The notes below the pieces were generated by a model, which ran no database searches, was not told the origin of the DNA, and saw only the letters and a program-made list of their open reading frames with translations. From contig CM041465.1 of NCBI GenBank assembly GCA_023213395.1, positions 171,995,741 through 172,059,740 of the forward strand: DNA of 64,000 nucleotides. The letters run 5' to 3'. The DNA comes from Cycas panzhihuaensis (Eukaryota; Plantae; Cycadophyta). A program made the position numbers and the translations under genes. Positions 38,801 to 53,018 of the stretch are shown here, piece after piece. Numbering within the stretch: the first letter of the stretch is position 1; each line of letters begins with the position of its first letter.

Positions 38801-40602
38801 CTTATTTGTGAGAGATTATGAATTACACATTATAATGAGGCTTTTGAGATTAAATATGGTACTTGGGCAATGGAAATCTTAAATTGAGGAATGTAAGAAC
38901 ATATCGCCAAGAGGATGTACAATAGAACACAGGACTAAAATCAATGAAAATGGTCAAAATTGAGCTATCAAAGAACATATAATAGGTTGTGTTTTAGAAT
39001 AAAATGCAACATAGATAAGAATGTATGTAAAACACACAATAAAGAACGTATGAAACACATGCCTAAATTAAGGCCGTATATTCCATGGATGTTGATGTCA
39101 CCTCAAGTGTTATGTTCATATGATTGTATAACTAAAAAGTTATGTTTTAAAGCTTAATAAATATAATTAAATGAGAAGGTATGTTTTGTTGGGAAAATGT
39201 ATGATTATGACAATAAATCATAATTGTTCCTCAAAAGGACACATATGGTGCATTTATTTCTCAATCAACCACCATTTTATTATGAGATCTAAGTATATGA
39301 ATCTTGTATTATATTTTTAAACATAAATTAAGTGATTGTATTGGACGATATATTTTGTATGAAATGTATGTGAAATGTTCCCTTTCAAGTGATGTACATA
39401 TATTAGCAGTGATATTACTTAATGAAATAATGAACTACATAGAAATATTATGTATCTTGTGTATAATGATGATTGAGTTATGAATTTATATTAACATAAT
39501 AATTTATGTGGTGGCATTGTGATAATTTATTGCTATGATGTTTGAATGAGAAGTGATAATATGACTATGTTGACCTAGCCCTAACTAGACTTATGGATAT
39601 TGACCCCTTAACAAGCACACTTTTAGAGGGTGAAAGTTATAAGTTAACATTAGTTCCATTGCTTATATCCATTAAGGAGGGACTAGACCAAAATTTTATT
39701 ATATATATTATGTCAAAAGACTAAGGAACATTAGCTATTATTGTTATGGAAAGCCATAACTAAGCCTTTGATAGCCAGGGGACATTCTAATGCCATTAAA
39801 ATGAACTTTGAAGGTGGGTGAGCCACCAAAAAGACTTTCATCTAAGGGAACACAAGAATCTAGTAGAAAATGTTAAATATGGCACTCTTGGATATATGAA
39901 GACATAATGAAACACATATACATAAGATGATAAAAGATATAAACAATAAATGAATCAAAGAATGAAGTATGTATAAGCATATAAGACAATAAAGCTTGTG
40001 GAAAATGATCATGTCTAATACTCTAAATAAGTCATAAATATTTCAATTTTATATGATCATTCTGTTCAATTGATTTTCCCCCTATTCTTCCCTCATTTAT
40101 ATTATATGCTCCCTCATATATGTTGCCCATCTAAGTAATATGGCTACTTTTGTATTATATAAGTAATAAACCATAAGGAATTTACAATGATGAAGGTATT
40201 AGAAGAAAAGAGATAAATGATATAAATCCAAATGGACTGAAAACTCATCACAACAATACTTACTAAGCTAGAAAATTAAAATGGTGATTCCTCACACTTG
40301 ACAAAGCATAGATTAAGCTTTCACCTCACACAATATGGGTAAGATTAAGAAATAAAAATGGGTTTACATATATGTTACAAAATTTAACTTAACCAAATAA
40401 GGATAATGAATTAGGCTTTTATGATAATCTTCCTGCAAACATTTGAATACTTCCTATCAATTGTATATAACTAGAGTGTTTATTAGAAATGACTTCAATT
40501 GTGATACAAGCACTCTCTCTAAATGCATAATGTTTTATGTTCGATAATAGGGTATACATTCTATCAATAAGATAACTAATTTCACAAGAGTCAATAAATA
40601 AG

Positions 40603-43600
40603 TGTTGGAGTTAATTGTCATCACTCCACTCCCACCTTTCCAACCAGGATTGTACACTTCATCAACCTGAATTTAGACATGTAATGCTCAACATGTCAAG
40701 GTAAGTTTAACTTTGATTTATGTTAAGTTGAGTTAGCTTCATTTGAGTTAAGTGAACATTATTTTATTATTATTTTGAATTTAGGGGTTGAGGAGTTTCT
40801 CTCCTCCCCCAAATTATAAATATTGAGGGGTGTGCAACCTTGGGGTCTTTAGACACTGCCTCCTTATTGGAATTTGTAATGCTCACTTCTTACAATGGAA
40901 TGACTACAATGGATTTTCAATTTATGCTACATTGATGTATTGCAATATTGACCTATGTGATTCTATTCTATGTTCTTCCTTATTCTCCTATTATATTTTT
41001 CCTACATTTGGTATCAGAGTGAGATTTTGGGCTATTGTATCTCCATTGGTGAAGTTTTTTTAAGAAGAGCAACATGATTTACTAGCATTCTACAGTAGAT
41101 TTTCTTACAAATCTATGCAAGATTTTAGCAGTAAGCTATATTTGCTCAAGTTTTTTCTCATATTTGAGCCATATTTCTTCAGTTCTATACATTTTATCTT
41201 ATATTTCATCATTATTTCAGCAGCAAGTTATATATATTTAAGTTTTTCTCATATTTGAGTTATTTCTCTTCAGATTTATAGTTTTAACATATATTTGACA
41301 GTTTACAAGTATTTTTTATCTACTTATCTGATATTTTTCGTAGATCTATAAAGGAGATTAGGTGCATGCAAAAGTTATCAAGTTTTCTTCAAAAATCTGT
41401 AACTTTTACTTTATATTTACTATATTTCATTTCAGATCTACTTGTTTCAGCAGTTATTTTACCATTTTTTCTAGTATATTTGTATAGATCTATAATATTT
41501 AGCTATAAATCTACTATACTCATATCAGATCTGTATTATTTAGCTTAAGATTTGCTTATTTTATCAAGTTTTTCATTATTTTCTACTACATTTAGTTCAG
41601 ATCTGTTGTATTTCATTATAGATCTATATTTTTCATCATATTTTTTTTACTATATTTTTAAGTTTTCTACAGATCTATAATCTCTGGAGCATATTCAATT
41701 TTTTTTGGAGAAGAATACACTGCAAATCTGTCTACTAGAAGCTTTTGAAGCTTATTTTTCACCTACAAATCTACTACACTTAGGTGCCTTCAAAGCAATG
41801 TTGGAGTTGATATTTTTTCTCATACTGATTTAGCTTCTCATATATCTAGCAAAACATCTACATATAACTACTAGTTAAGATATTGGTAAGCTCACTTGTT
41901 CTCTGGAGAAGACATATTAGAGTTTCATCTATTGTGAAAGATGTTCTCTTGCTCGGAAGTCTGTACAACAAACTTGTCACAGTTTACCAGGTTCTTTGTG
42001 TGTTTTTTTTCAATACAAATATATATATATATATATATATTGTATCTATTTGCTATATTTTTCGTGAATATATTTAAAAATCTAGTTTATTTGATGCATT
42101 TGTGTGATCGGGCTAAACATAGATCCCGTTGAAAAGGCCTATACTCATATAGATCTGGGTTGTCTCTTGCATCCATAAGCCTGTAATCCCGTCTTTTAAC
42201 TTGAAGTAAGTATCAAGAACTGATAGTCTCTAAATAGGCAGTTCCTCCCGTGATTTGTGGGTGACCTGCAACTTCATTAGAGGTTCGTTATGTTTCTTCT
42301 AAATCGTCTGATTGACAACAGATTTGTGTACTTGCATCTAGTCAGCGTTGTTTTACCATTACAAGCACCCATAATCAAGTTTCTTTATTCACTGCAATAT
42401 TAGAAATGGTACAACTCACACACATTAATCTTACAACTCCCCTCCTCTCGAACTCTCCTACTCCAAGCATTTGTTAGGCCATGGGATAGATCTCCTAATA
42501 TCTAATACATTGTTAGCTTCTGTACATAAGGTTGTCACAGTTCATTTTCCTGTAACCATTTTTACCTTATTTAAAGCTGAACCAAACAACTCCTCTCCTT
42601 CATTGACGTTCTGTTGGCATCTTCGTTGGACTCCCTTATTTTACCCCTTCTCTTTACATATCATATAGTCGCGGGCATCTTTAACCCTAAAAGCTTCCTT
42701 CTCCACTCATCTTCGCTTCTACGTCCAACTTCCTCGCTGAGTCTTCGATCCCAACGAGGAGACGTAACAACCACAGTATATATTGCAATTTGATTTCACG
42801 TAACCGTAACTATCTTTTTAAATTAATCTTCCATAACCATGACTCTTCCCTTCCTTTCCAGTTTTACTTTAACGTAACCATCTATGCCAATAATCCTAAT
42901 GTTAGTACTTGGAATTAAACCTGAAACGCCATGGAATATTCTAAGAAAACATTTTAGAGAATTGGAAAAGAGCGTGACACCTTTAAGGCTAGAAGCTTCC
43001 TCCCATATACGCAGTCTGGAAGCCATTGTGTTGATGCTCGACTACTTTCAGTAAACCTAAGCAAGCCATGTGATAACTCAACAAAGGCGTGGGTGGCCCG
43101 TGATAGTAGATTACAGTTCGCGGTGGCGATTCACTCCCAATCCCTTTCCTTACAAATCGCAGACAATGCGGCAGCTCTATCAAATTTCGCTTCATCATCC
43201 TTTTATTATATACATTTATATATAAATATATATTGAGCGCCCGACTATAATATATATTGATTAAGCACCCGACCTTTTTTAAAAGTTTCATTTCAAAATC
43301 TTTATTTTTTTATTTTATTTTTTATAAAGTTAAAAGAAAAAAAATTAATCATATTAAATATATTTTGAGATCCATGGTTTTGAAAACCCTAGCCCCCTTA
43401 CAACTCAGCCCCCAGTCATAAGACATCACCACGTGACCTTTATCATTATCACAAAGGGGCTAGCAACTTTATAAACCCTTTTTTTCTTTTTATTTTTTTA
43501 AATTTTTTATTTTACATAGGGTTATTGGGGTGTTCTTACCATAACTCTTCACTGAAGTGTCGGTTTCTAACGAAATAAGTTTCATTAGATTAGAAATTTT

Positions 43601-45887
43601 CTGTAGATTAATTTTGACTGGTCATATGACCAATTTGGTGTAGATTTGATCCCGTTTTAGTCGATTTAAAGTTAATCACCTTTTTTTTCAGCATTTTTTC
43701 AACTTTTTATAAAATTACTTTTTGAACTAATTATATTTTATTACCAGGAAACTATTTTCTTCCTAAATTTTTTCTGAAGTGATATACATTCAATAAACTT
43801 CATTAACCACTTTTTATTTTATTTTTTAGAATTCTTTTTAACCACTATTTTAATCGTCGAAAGTGGTATTTTAATGGTTTTTAGCATTTTTCTTAACATT
43901 TTATCATAAAGGTACCTGCTACTATTTTCGTTATAACTTTCCTATTTGACATCTAAATTTAGTTCCGCTAGTTTCGTTGGGAAGTTGACTCAATTCTCTT
44001 CGATCTGATATAGTTTTCAATATATTTTAATGTATTTTTACTGATTTTTAAATTGCTCAAAATAGAGATGCTTTATTGTTTTAAACCTGCCATTTTTTAC
44101 ATATTTTTATATATATTTCTCTTCTAAATAATATTTTCATTTCTCAATATTTTATAAAGTTTTATTAGCATTTTTATACAATTTTGAGCCCTGGCTCCTG
44201 TTAGGCATCAAAACAAAGCATATTTCCTTTGGATCACGAAAACTTGACTTATAGGAACCTGTTCTCAAAACGGTTAGTTCTGTTGGATTCATACTTTATT
44301 TATCTTCATACTCATAAAGTTTCACATTATTTTGATATCATTTAGTATATTTTTAAAGTTGTTAAACTTGAGGTTGTCCTCTAACCCTTCTTTCAAAAAG
44401 TTTCTTCATACTCCTTATCTTTCAAAGTAAAATATACATATATTTCAATTTTTTTTAGTATTATACATTATTATTAAGGCTAAGGATTTATTGCATTGAT
44501 AATTTATATTCAGATTTGTATCGTTAAAAGGATATTGGTATATGATTTTAAAGTTGGTTATATATTTATTATTTCCTTATTGTATTTAGTTCATTTATTT
44601 TCAAAAGGTATTACATTTCTTTTGAAGAGTATATTTGACATCATATAAGTTTAGTCACTTATTACCTTTATTTGCTTTGATAAAAACATACTTTATATAT
44701 TCTAAAGTTTTTTATAACATGGCCCAATTACCTATATTTTATGGGCAAAATTTTTTAGAATGGCACAAGATTATGCAAAACTATTTTATTGAACATGATC
44801 TTTTGAAGTATTTGCAACATGTATGTGATCTAAGTATTAAAAAATATTTAGAAAAGATAATGAAGTATTAGGTTTATTATTTTGCACTATGACTGATGAT
44901 GTTTTTTCAAAGGTTTGTGAATTAATGACCTCTAAATCTGTTTGGGATATTTTAATTTCTACTTATAGGGGAAATACCCTCCTTGTATTTGATGATATTT
45001 TTGTTGAGCATGTGAGACATGTGACAGAACAGGTGGATCATGATGATAAAACTAATGAAGATTCAGATCAAATGCAGGACCAACTTGCTACATAAGGATT
45101 TGATTCTCCATTTGAGGGGGAGAATAACAATGAATCCTATGACATGATGAAGAATGAATCTAATATGACAAAAAAAGAATCTTATGATATGATGCTTGTT
45201 GACAGCATACAAATTACAAAGGATAAAGTTCAAATTTAAATTTTTCTCAATATTCTAATTGACAAAGACAAAGTTGCATCTATACATACCTACTTAAATC
45301 AAGCATCATTTACTTACAACTTTTTTGAATTACTTCATGATATAAAGACATATGTTATAAGAAGGTTGAAGCATGTTGATAAAGATCAAAATTTTAAAGT
45401 CTTTTTCAAGTACCAGTTCCATAAGTTCAAGGAAAAGATACAAGTGTTCATGATAAAATTAAGGGGGAGAATGTTGGAGTTAATCATCATCACTCCACTC
45501 CCATCTTTCTAACCAAGATTATACACTTCATCAACCTGAATTTAGACATGTGATGCTCAACATGTCAAGGTAAGTTAAGGTAAGTTTAACTTTGATTTAT
45601 GTTAAGTTGAGTTAGTTTCATTTGAGTTAAGTGAACATTATTTTATTATTATTTTGAATCTAGGGGTTGAGGAGTTTCCTTCCTCCCCCAAATTATAAAT
45701 ATTAAGGAGTGTGCAACCCTGGTGTCTTTAGACACCACCTCCTTATTAGAAATTTGTAATGCTCGCTTCTCATAATGGCTTGAATATAATGCTTTCATGG
45801 TTTATGCTATAATGATTTATGATTTGTATTGAGTTTTGATTATTAGTTACATGTTCTGCCCTATTCTTCTGCTATATTTTTCCTACA
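40603..45887 (+). mobile_element. Element D: non-autonomous Copia-derived LTR element with a long mosaic leader, partial gag and no pol
   Basis: LTRs 40603-41006 and 45472-45887, TSD ATAAG (40598-40602, 45888-45892), PBS at 41009-41020, PPT AAGGGGGAGAA at 45461-45471. Confidence 0.95.
44719..45095 (+). pseudogene. Truncated Copia gag N-terminus of element D
   Basis: MAQLPIFYGQNFLEWHKIMQNYFIEHDL...TDDVFSKV..LMTSKSVWDILISTYRG is typical of a Copia gag N-terminus. It is followed by an acidic tail, with no pol. Confidence 0.8.
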
Positions 45888-48800
45888 ATAAGACCTTACC
45901 CCTATGTAATCTTGAAGTTTGCTAATTTATTCTTGCAACCATTTTCCTCTTCTTCATTACTTATTCTTTTTATAAAGAATCTAATTTTATTTTCTATTTA
46001 AGAATTTAGGCCTCTAACCTATTTCCTTTGCCCATCCAAAAATCCCATGGCATATTGTCTCAATCTCTAAGTATAATTCATGCTTCCTATGGCTTTTTTT
46101 TTTAATCTTAATTTCAAGTTTGATGGAAATATGAGAGTCAGAGGGAGTGACAGAGTATAACAAAGGGTAAATCAAATCTTTAGCATAAGTGTGGTATTGA
46201 TGAATACTAGGGTCTTCAAACCTATTGAATAAATAGATGGGAGTTGAGTGGGAACCTAACGTCTACTACTGATTGGCATTTAACATTATTAAGGAATCCA
46301 CTCAAATGATGATAATATACAGCTAAGTCAACTACACTAAGTCCTATGTCATCATGTGTTAATATTAGACCTAATGGACATTATTTAATATTTCTCCTCC
46401 ATAATGCTCATTTAGGGAGACTCGAAGCTTATCTCTGAATTTGTTGAACTTAATCTTTCTAAGTGCCTTAGTGAAAATATCTGCCACCTATGTTTCTGTG
46501 TTGTAATAGGTCAACTCAATCTCACTTGCCTAAACCAATTCTCTAATGAAATGATATTGAGTTATTAATATATTTTATTCTACTGCAAAACACCAAATTT
46601 AAAGTCATCTATACAGTTCTTTAATTATCACATAACATTTGTGTGGGGCCATCATGTTTTACTTGTAAATCCTAGAGTAGTCTTATGAACTAAACTATTT
46701 TACAAGCTCCTATAATCATTACTTTGTATTCTACTTCTACAGTAGACAAAGATATCGTGCTTTGTTTCTTTGAACTCCAAGCTATTGTTGCTTAATCCAA
46801 ATTAAAAGTGTAGCCTGATGTAGATTTTATATCATCTATACATCCTAGCCAATCTGAATCTGTGTAACCAAATAATCTGAAATCTCTCGACGACCTGTAA
46901 TGAAGTCCATGTCCAATTGTTCCTTTCAAGTATCTAAGGATCCTCTTAACTACTTACCAATGTGATACTTCAGGCTCGTGCATGAATCTAAAAACTACAA
47001 TTATTACATACATGATGTCCCGCTAAGTCAAAGTTAAGTAAATCAAACTATTGATCAATGGCCTATAGAAAGTAGGATCAATTGATGTAGATCCTTCATA
47101 CTTAGATAATTTTACCCCAACTTTGGCTAGTGTAGCAAGTGCCTTACAATGATCACATTATACTTATGTAATAAGTCCAAAGTATATCTCTTTTGGGAAA
47201 TAAATATTCCATTCTCATTTTTCCAAACTTCCAAGCTTAAGATGTAGTGTATAAGTTTCAAATCAGTCATTTCTATCAGAAAACATAATTGAAGCAAATA
47301 AGGTCAACAAGATCTTTCACATCAGGCAGATAATAAGTAAGAACAGATACATGAGACACCATATTGCCATGGGAAACCCTTATAGGTGAAAACCCACAAA
47401 TGAATAATATTTCACATTATGACAAAATGATAATATTACAATGGTGGACTTTAATTTATATTTATAGATCTAAAGTTCCAAATATAATTACAATTACATC
47501 CATCATCTCACTATAATCAAGGATATTCCTCCACATAATTAGGCATAAAAATAGGAGGCCCACTTTACATTAGGTGGTATGGTCATATATTTTAACATCC
47601 CCCCTTAATGTAAATGTGGGGCAACACAGATTATCATTAGAAATAAATCCCCTCTCAAGGATAACCTTGTCCAACATAATATACTCGAACGTTGATGTAA
47701 TAATCTTCACTTGGATGTAATGGTGCCATGCCTTGTATGTACTCAATTCTTTGGAAATACTCTAATAGACATGTAACCATATAATGTTCTCTACACCTAA
47801 TACTTGTCCATTCAACTCAGCCATATTCCTTTGATTAAACTAAGAGGTTGAGCCACTTGAACCATGTGAATCACCTCTTCAAGTCTTCGTTAAGGAACAC
47901 AGATACAATATGATACCCAACTATCTAAAGTTGCTAAAGTAAGGATCAAATGAACCAAAAGATAGAGACTAGTGCAAATATCTCATCATACCTTAATCCT
48001 TCTTCTACTAGAGATCACTTGCATAACAAACTTACCAACTTGAAAGCTGACTAGGTTCTTTGCTTCAATATAACTCTCTATTATAAATCTATACTCACTG
48101 GAATATTGGTATCTATCTCAAGCTTTGACTAGCATGTTGATCCACAATCTTCCATCATTTTATAGGTCTTTAACTATCAATAGAACATGGGGTTGTAATC
48201 CATGTCTTATCATCTAACAGCTCCTCATCATCAACCTATCACTAAGTCCTACTTCTGTCTTAAGTACAATGTTAGGCAAACAAACCTCTACACCTATCGA
48301 ATAATGACTTGGAAAAGTGAAGCAATGAAGGATAAAACCTATAATCAAATGATACTCAGCATGGTACATCAATAACTCTTCAATTGAACATATAGACTGA
48401 TCACAACACATTTTTCCTGTAGATCATACTATTTGTAAGCTAAACAATCCATATGCTTCAAACACTTGTAATCCTACTGCTACAATCTTCATCCAAGATG
48501 TGTGCACTCCAATGCACCAAAGGAAATAAATGGAAGGCTTTTGACTTGGTCCAAAAACATAACAAGAGGGGAATAAATGCCACGAATAGTCATAAAAAGG
48601 GTACCCATACTTGTTCGCTATAGCTTCTACCATCAAACCATAGGAGGCAAACTATAACATGTACCAAACCTCACTATCTGCATCATGATGCTCACCTACA
48701 ATGCAACCTTACAGGCCAACTATATATACAATGACAAAGACATCACTGATTTTAAGGCAATTCATCTTAGACCTTTCCATTAAACACTTTAAATTTTATT

Positions 48801-50759
48801 AAGCACTATGTTTTAGTTCCATATCAGACTTGTTCAGATATGCACCCATATTGAACGAGCATCAAACAGGCCACAAACTTCATGCTATGATCAGTCCAAC
48901 TAATCAAAGTATAATGATCCATCATAAATGACAACCACTCATACATGCAAAACTTAAACCTTATGTCACTTCATATACATCTAATATAATAGAACTCAAA
49001 TGAAAACAGAATGAACCACACTCATTTTTACTAAATCAACCACATAAATTGTGCAATGATCTATGCCACACTCAACCAGTAATAGAGTTTGTATTAACTT
49101 GTGGTTAAGGTATCTCAATCAAACTCACCCATTCTTGCCTATCATTGCCCTATCTTGCCCTCATACTGGCTCTTAACCTGGCTCTTAACCTACCCATCAA
49201 ACTCACCCTCAAACACGCCTTATTTCACCCTTAAGACATGCCCAAATCTTGCCCAATCTTGCCATGTAGGACACATGCAACAAGAAACTTATCATCGATC
49301 TCATATCTGCCATTTTTACCTATAAACTCCCTCATGTAAAACACATACTAGAGAGAATTAATTTACCTCATCACCACACCATGACATTACTTCAATAGCT
49401 CTCTTATGTAGTTACATGCAAAGAACTTAAAACTTGCATTATCTCTCATGCAATTGCATACAAGAGATTCTCACTTCACCATTTAAAACACTTTACCCCA
49501 TATTACCAACTCAAAATGCATACATCATCAAAAAAACATGCCTTAGCCCACTTTTATTTACATGTGATATAATACCATCTTGAAATAACATAATCCAAGA
49601 GGCAAGAGACTAAATATCACACAAAAAAAGATAATAAGGGCTTTTCTTGATCATGATTTTCAAGAGGCATTTGATATATCATATATGAGATGACTTTATA
49701 TGATGTATATCATGTAATATTATCAATGGGCGACTCGAACTTTATATTGAATGTGCTTTTACAAATATCAATGATGAAATTCAATATAATATTGAAATGA
49801 TATGAATGTCATCCAATATTAACAAAGGGAGAACATTAGTATATCGTGCACAAACTTCAGCATATAAAAATGGCAGTGGATCAAAGTAACTCACGGGTGA
49901 AAACACAGTTGTAACTAATATACGTCTCTGAATTAATTTCGAAGATATCAATACGGCTAATGGATGTTGCAAACTATATATAAATCCAAAAAGAATTTAT
50001 ATAAAATTCATTCAAAACTAGATTCATGCATACTGGTAATAGATTTAACATGCAGGCAATGTAGTATATCATGTAAGGGCAACTAGAATTCATGCGAATG
50101 ACAAACGATTATATAAAATACGTGTAGGTTTTAGTATAAAGAATAATGATGGATTTATCATATGGGCGGCTACACATCGAATTTATCATATACAAATGCA
50201 ATAAACACATAGAGATCACAGATACAGATGATTAAAATCCACAGGTAACTTCATTAATCAACTAATAGCATATATCAATACACAAACAGCTGGTGACAAT
50301 AATATTACATGCACACTACTGTTAGGATGTTAGATAATATAATGTAAACTTTATGTTTCTTAATATTATTATTTAGTCACATGTTTAAATTGTAATTTAA
50401 GTGATTATAATGTTTAAACTTAGGTTTATATTAATTAATTTGTAGATAGAACTGCATTCCAACGAACCTCTGTACTATTTATTCATCTCCTAGATTCATG
50501 GAGATGGTTCTAGGAATCTAGGAGGTCTATTCAAATGCCTGTTTAAAAGCTAGTTTCAGTTGTTGGTGGTTTTGTATAGTGGTTTCAATTCTTTATTAAT
50601 AAAATTAGCTTTAGAAGTGGTTTTTCTTCCCCATAAGGGGTTTTCCACGTGTCAATTGACGTGTACTTATGCAGTGTTAATTTTTGGTTATTTCTTGCTT
50701 CCATTGATCCTGTTAATGATGTACTTGTGCATATCCTCTCACATGGTATCAGAGCTGTA

Positions 50760-51182
50760 TGAATGAAACTAGATACCCAAAGGGTATTCCATCCCTGGAA
50801 CCTCACAAACTGTAATGTATTCTTTATTTCCTATTTCTTTGGGCATCAAATGAAATACAATCTCCTGCTCACCAATAGGACCTAACTTCCCTCGATAAGG
50901 TTCAATTTTAATATTCATAGCAAAAACATCCCCAACATCATCTTGAGACCAATTGAAGCTAATTTGCGGTATTGTAAAATTGTGAAGGATAGTTTTTTTT
51001 TTTTTTTAGGGGTTTACTAATGTAAGTTATACCCAAGTCCATCTCTAATGGAATGAGGCAAGCTTCTGGGGTAGTTACATGTGCTTCTTGGCTAGCATAC
51101 AGCGAATCTGGAATTATTGCCTTCCAAGTTTTTAGCAAGATGAAAGAGTATGAAATGGGTAGATTTGCAACATGCCTGCAAC
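50760..51182 (-). pseudogene. Captured fragment resembling DLEC1/CFAP81 (flagellar central-apparatus protein), antisense to E
   Basis: Minus-strand translation: EAHVTTPEACLIPLEMDLGITYISKPL-(poly-A slip)-TILHNFTIPQISFNWSQDDVGDVFAMNIKIEPYRGKLGPIGEQEIVFHLMPKEIGNKEYITVCEVPGMEYPLGI. This parallels the DLEC1 pattern AEVQ.P..L.....LY.G.P....L.N.T..P..F.W....V.P..G.LGP.E......C.V.GM..PL, recalled from memory. Candidate acceptor CAG at 51185-51183. Confidence 0.65.
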
Positions 51183-53018
51183 CTGTTTATATTGGATAAG
51201 TTGAAACATACGCTTATGGCCAATGAAGCCCTTCCATGAACCAAGCCCTGCTTCCCACCACCCTCTCGCCCAATCGCCCTGCCATGGTGGAACATACGCT
51301 TCCTTTACGTGATATCCACGTAAGCTACTTTTTTGTGTGGACTATTCTTTTTCCGGTCCTGTCGCCTAGTCTCCTCTTTACAGATCGTCCATTCCAATTG
51401 CTCTAAGAGCCTCAGCTGCCTCATGACGAGGACGAGAACGAGAACCCCAACACCATCGTAGACCTACAACAAGAGCAAAGAGAATGAGAACGAGAATGGG
51501 GATGAGAACCCCAACACCATCTGCCTTGGAGATAACCCTCACTGCCACAGAGATAACCAGATCGAAGATGCCGCTGCTGTTGAAGCAACAAAGATGAGTC
51601 GAAGAGTCAGACCTGCGAACGCCATCAACTGGACCTCCAAGCCTGCAAACCTACATACGAAGACGCCACCGCCATCACAAATGACCAGGTAGGGTTTACG
51701 CTCATACCCCCCCTTGGACCCCAAAAATCATAAAATTTGATTTTTTTTTTTTTTTTTTAAAAACTTCGTCGGGTCTACGTTTAGGTTTAGGTTTAGTTTT
51801 TTTGTTTTTTCTTTTTTAATTTTAATTTAAATCAAACCTAAGCATGCCCCCCCCCCCCCCCTTATCACTTTTTTATTTAAATAAATCAAGCCCCCCCCCC
51901 CCCTTTTATAAGACTTTGATTTAGATAAATAATACCTTAATTTAATTAAAACCTAAACTCCCCCCCTTTTTAGCATTTTTTGATGAAACATAAGCTCAAC
52001 CCCCCCTTTTTTCCTTATTATTTTTTTGATTTAATTCCTTATTATATATTTGATTTAAACCAAATACAACCTCCTCTTTTCTATTATACTTTGATTTTAA
52101 TTTAATCAACACACCCCCATCCCTTATCATTTTTTTTATACAATAAAATTACACCCCCTTAATCTCTATTATAAACTTTAGCGACTCTTATACTTTATGT
52201 AATTTCTTTCACTATAATTAGTACATAAACAAACCCTCCTATCACTACATTCTAATGTTTAAATCACTTCAAATTAACATAGTTAATTTTAGGTAAATTA
52301 AAATTAACCTTTTCCCTATTATATTTAATTTATAAATCAACTTCATTCCTTTTTATTATACTTTTTTTATTACATTTATTACTAGTTCCTCCCAACACTT
52401 TATTATTTATTTATAAATTAACATTTTCTCTCCTTTCCACACTTAATTTACAGATTTTAATTATGCCATTTAATCTTTAAAATTACACATCTATTTCTTA
52501 AAATAAAAAGGGAAACTAAATACCTTAGTTATAAAAATTTTGTCTTAAGTAAAACATTTTTTTTTAAAGGGAAACTGTTTATTTTTCAAATTAAGGGAAA
52601 TTCTTTATTTTGAAAGGGATTGTTTACTTGTAAGATTAAAGGGGATTAACTCTTTAAGGGGGACTGATTATTTTTAGGTTAAGGGGGACTATTTGCTTAA
52701 GAACATATAATTTCTTTAAGATATGTTTTAATCAACTTGGGACTTTTCATTAGAGTAAGAGTAACTAATTTATTTATCAAAGGGGGACTATTTTTATAAA
52801 AGAATTATTTATAAAAAAGGGACTACTTAAGGCAATATTTTAAGTAGTTATTTATTTATTCAATCTGTTTATAAACACATGATTTTTTTTCTTAAATATA
52901 ATTAATGCATACTAGAATACCTTCTTGAATTATATCTGTTAACATGATTAGTGCATTTTACTAAGTGATTATTTTTTCAATCACCTTCAATCTATAATCA
53001 AACCTCAACACTCCCAAT

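Noticed and set aside
50560-50766. ORFs 50560..50766 and 57554..57748 as a duplicated membrane-protein gene
   Set aside because: They lie in the two LTRs of element E, so the similarity is just LTR duplication.
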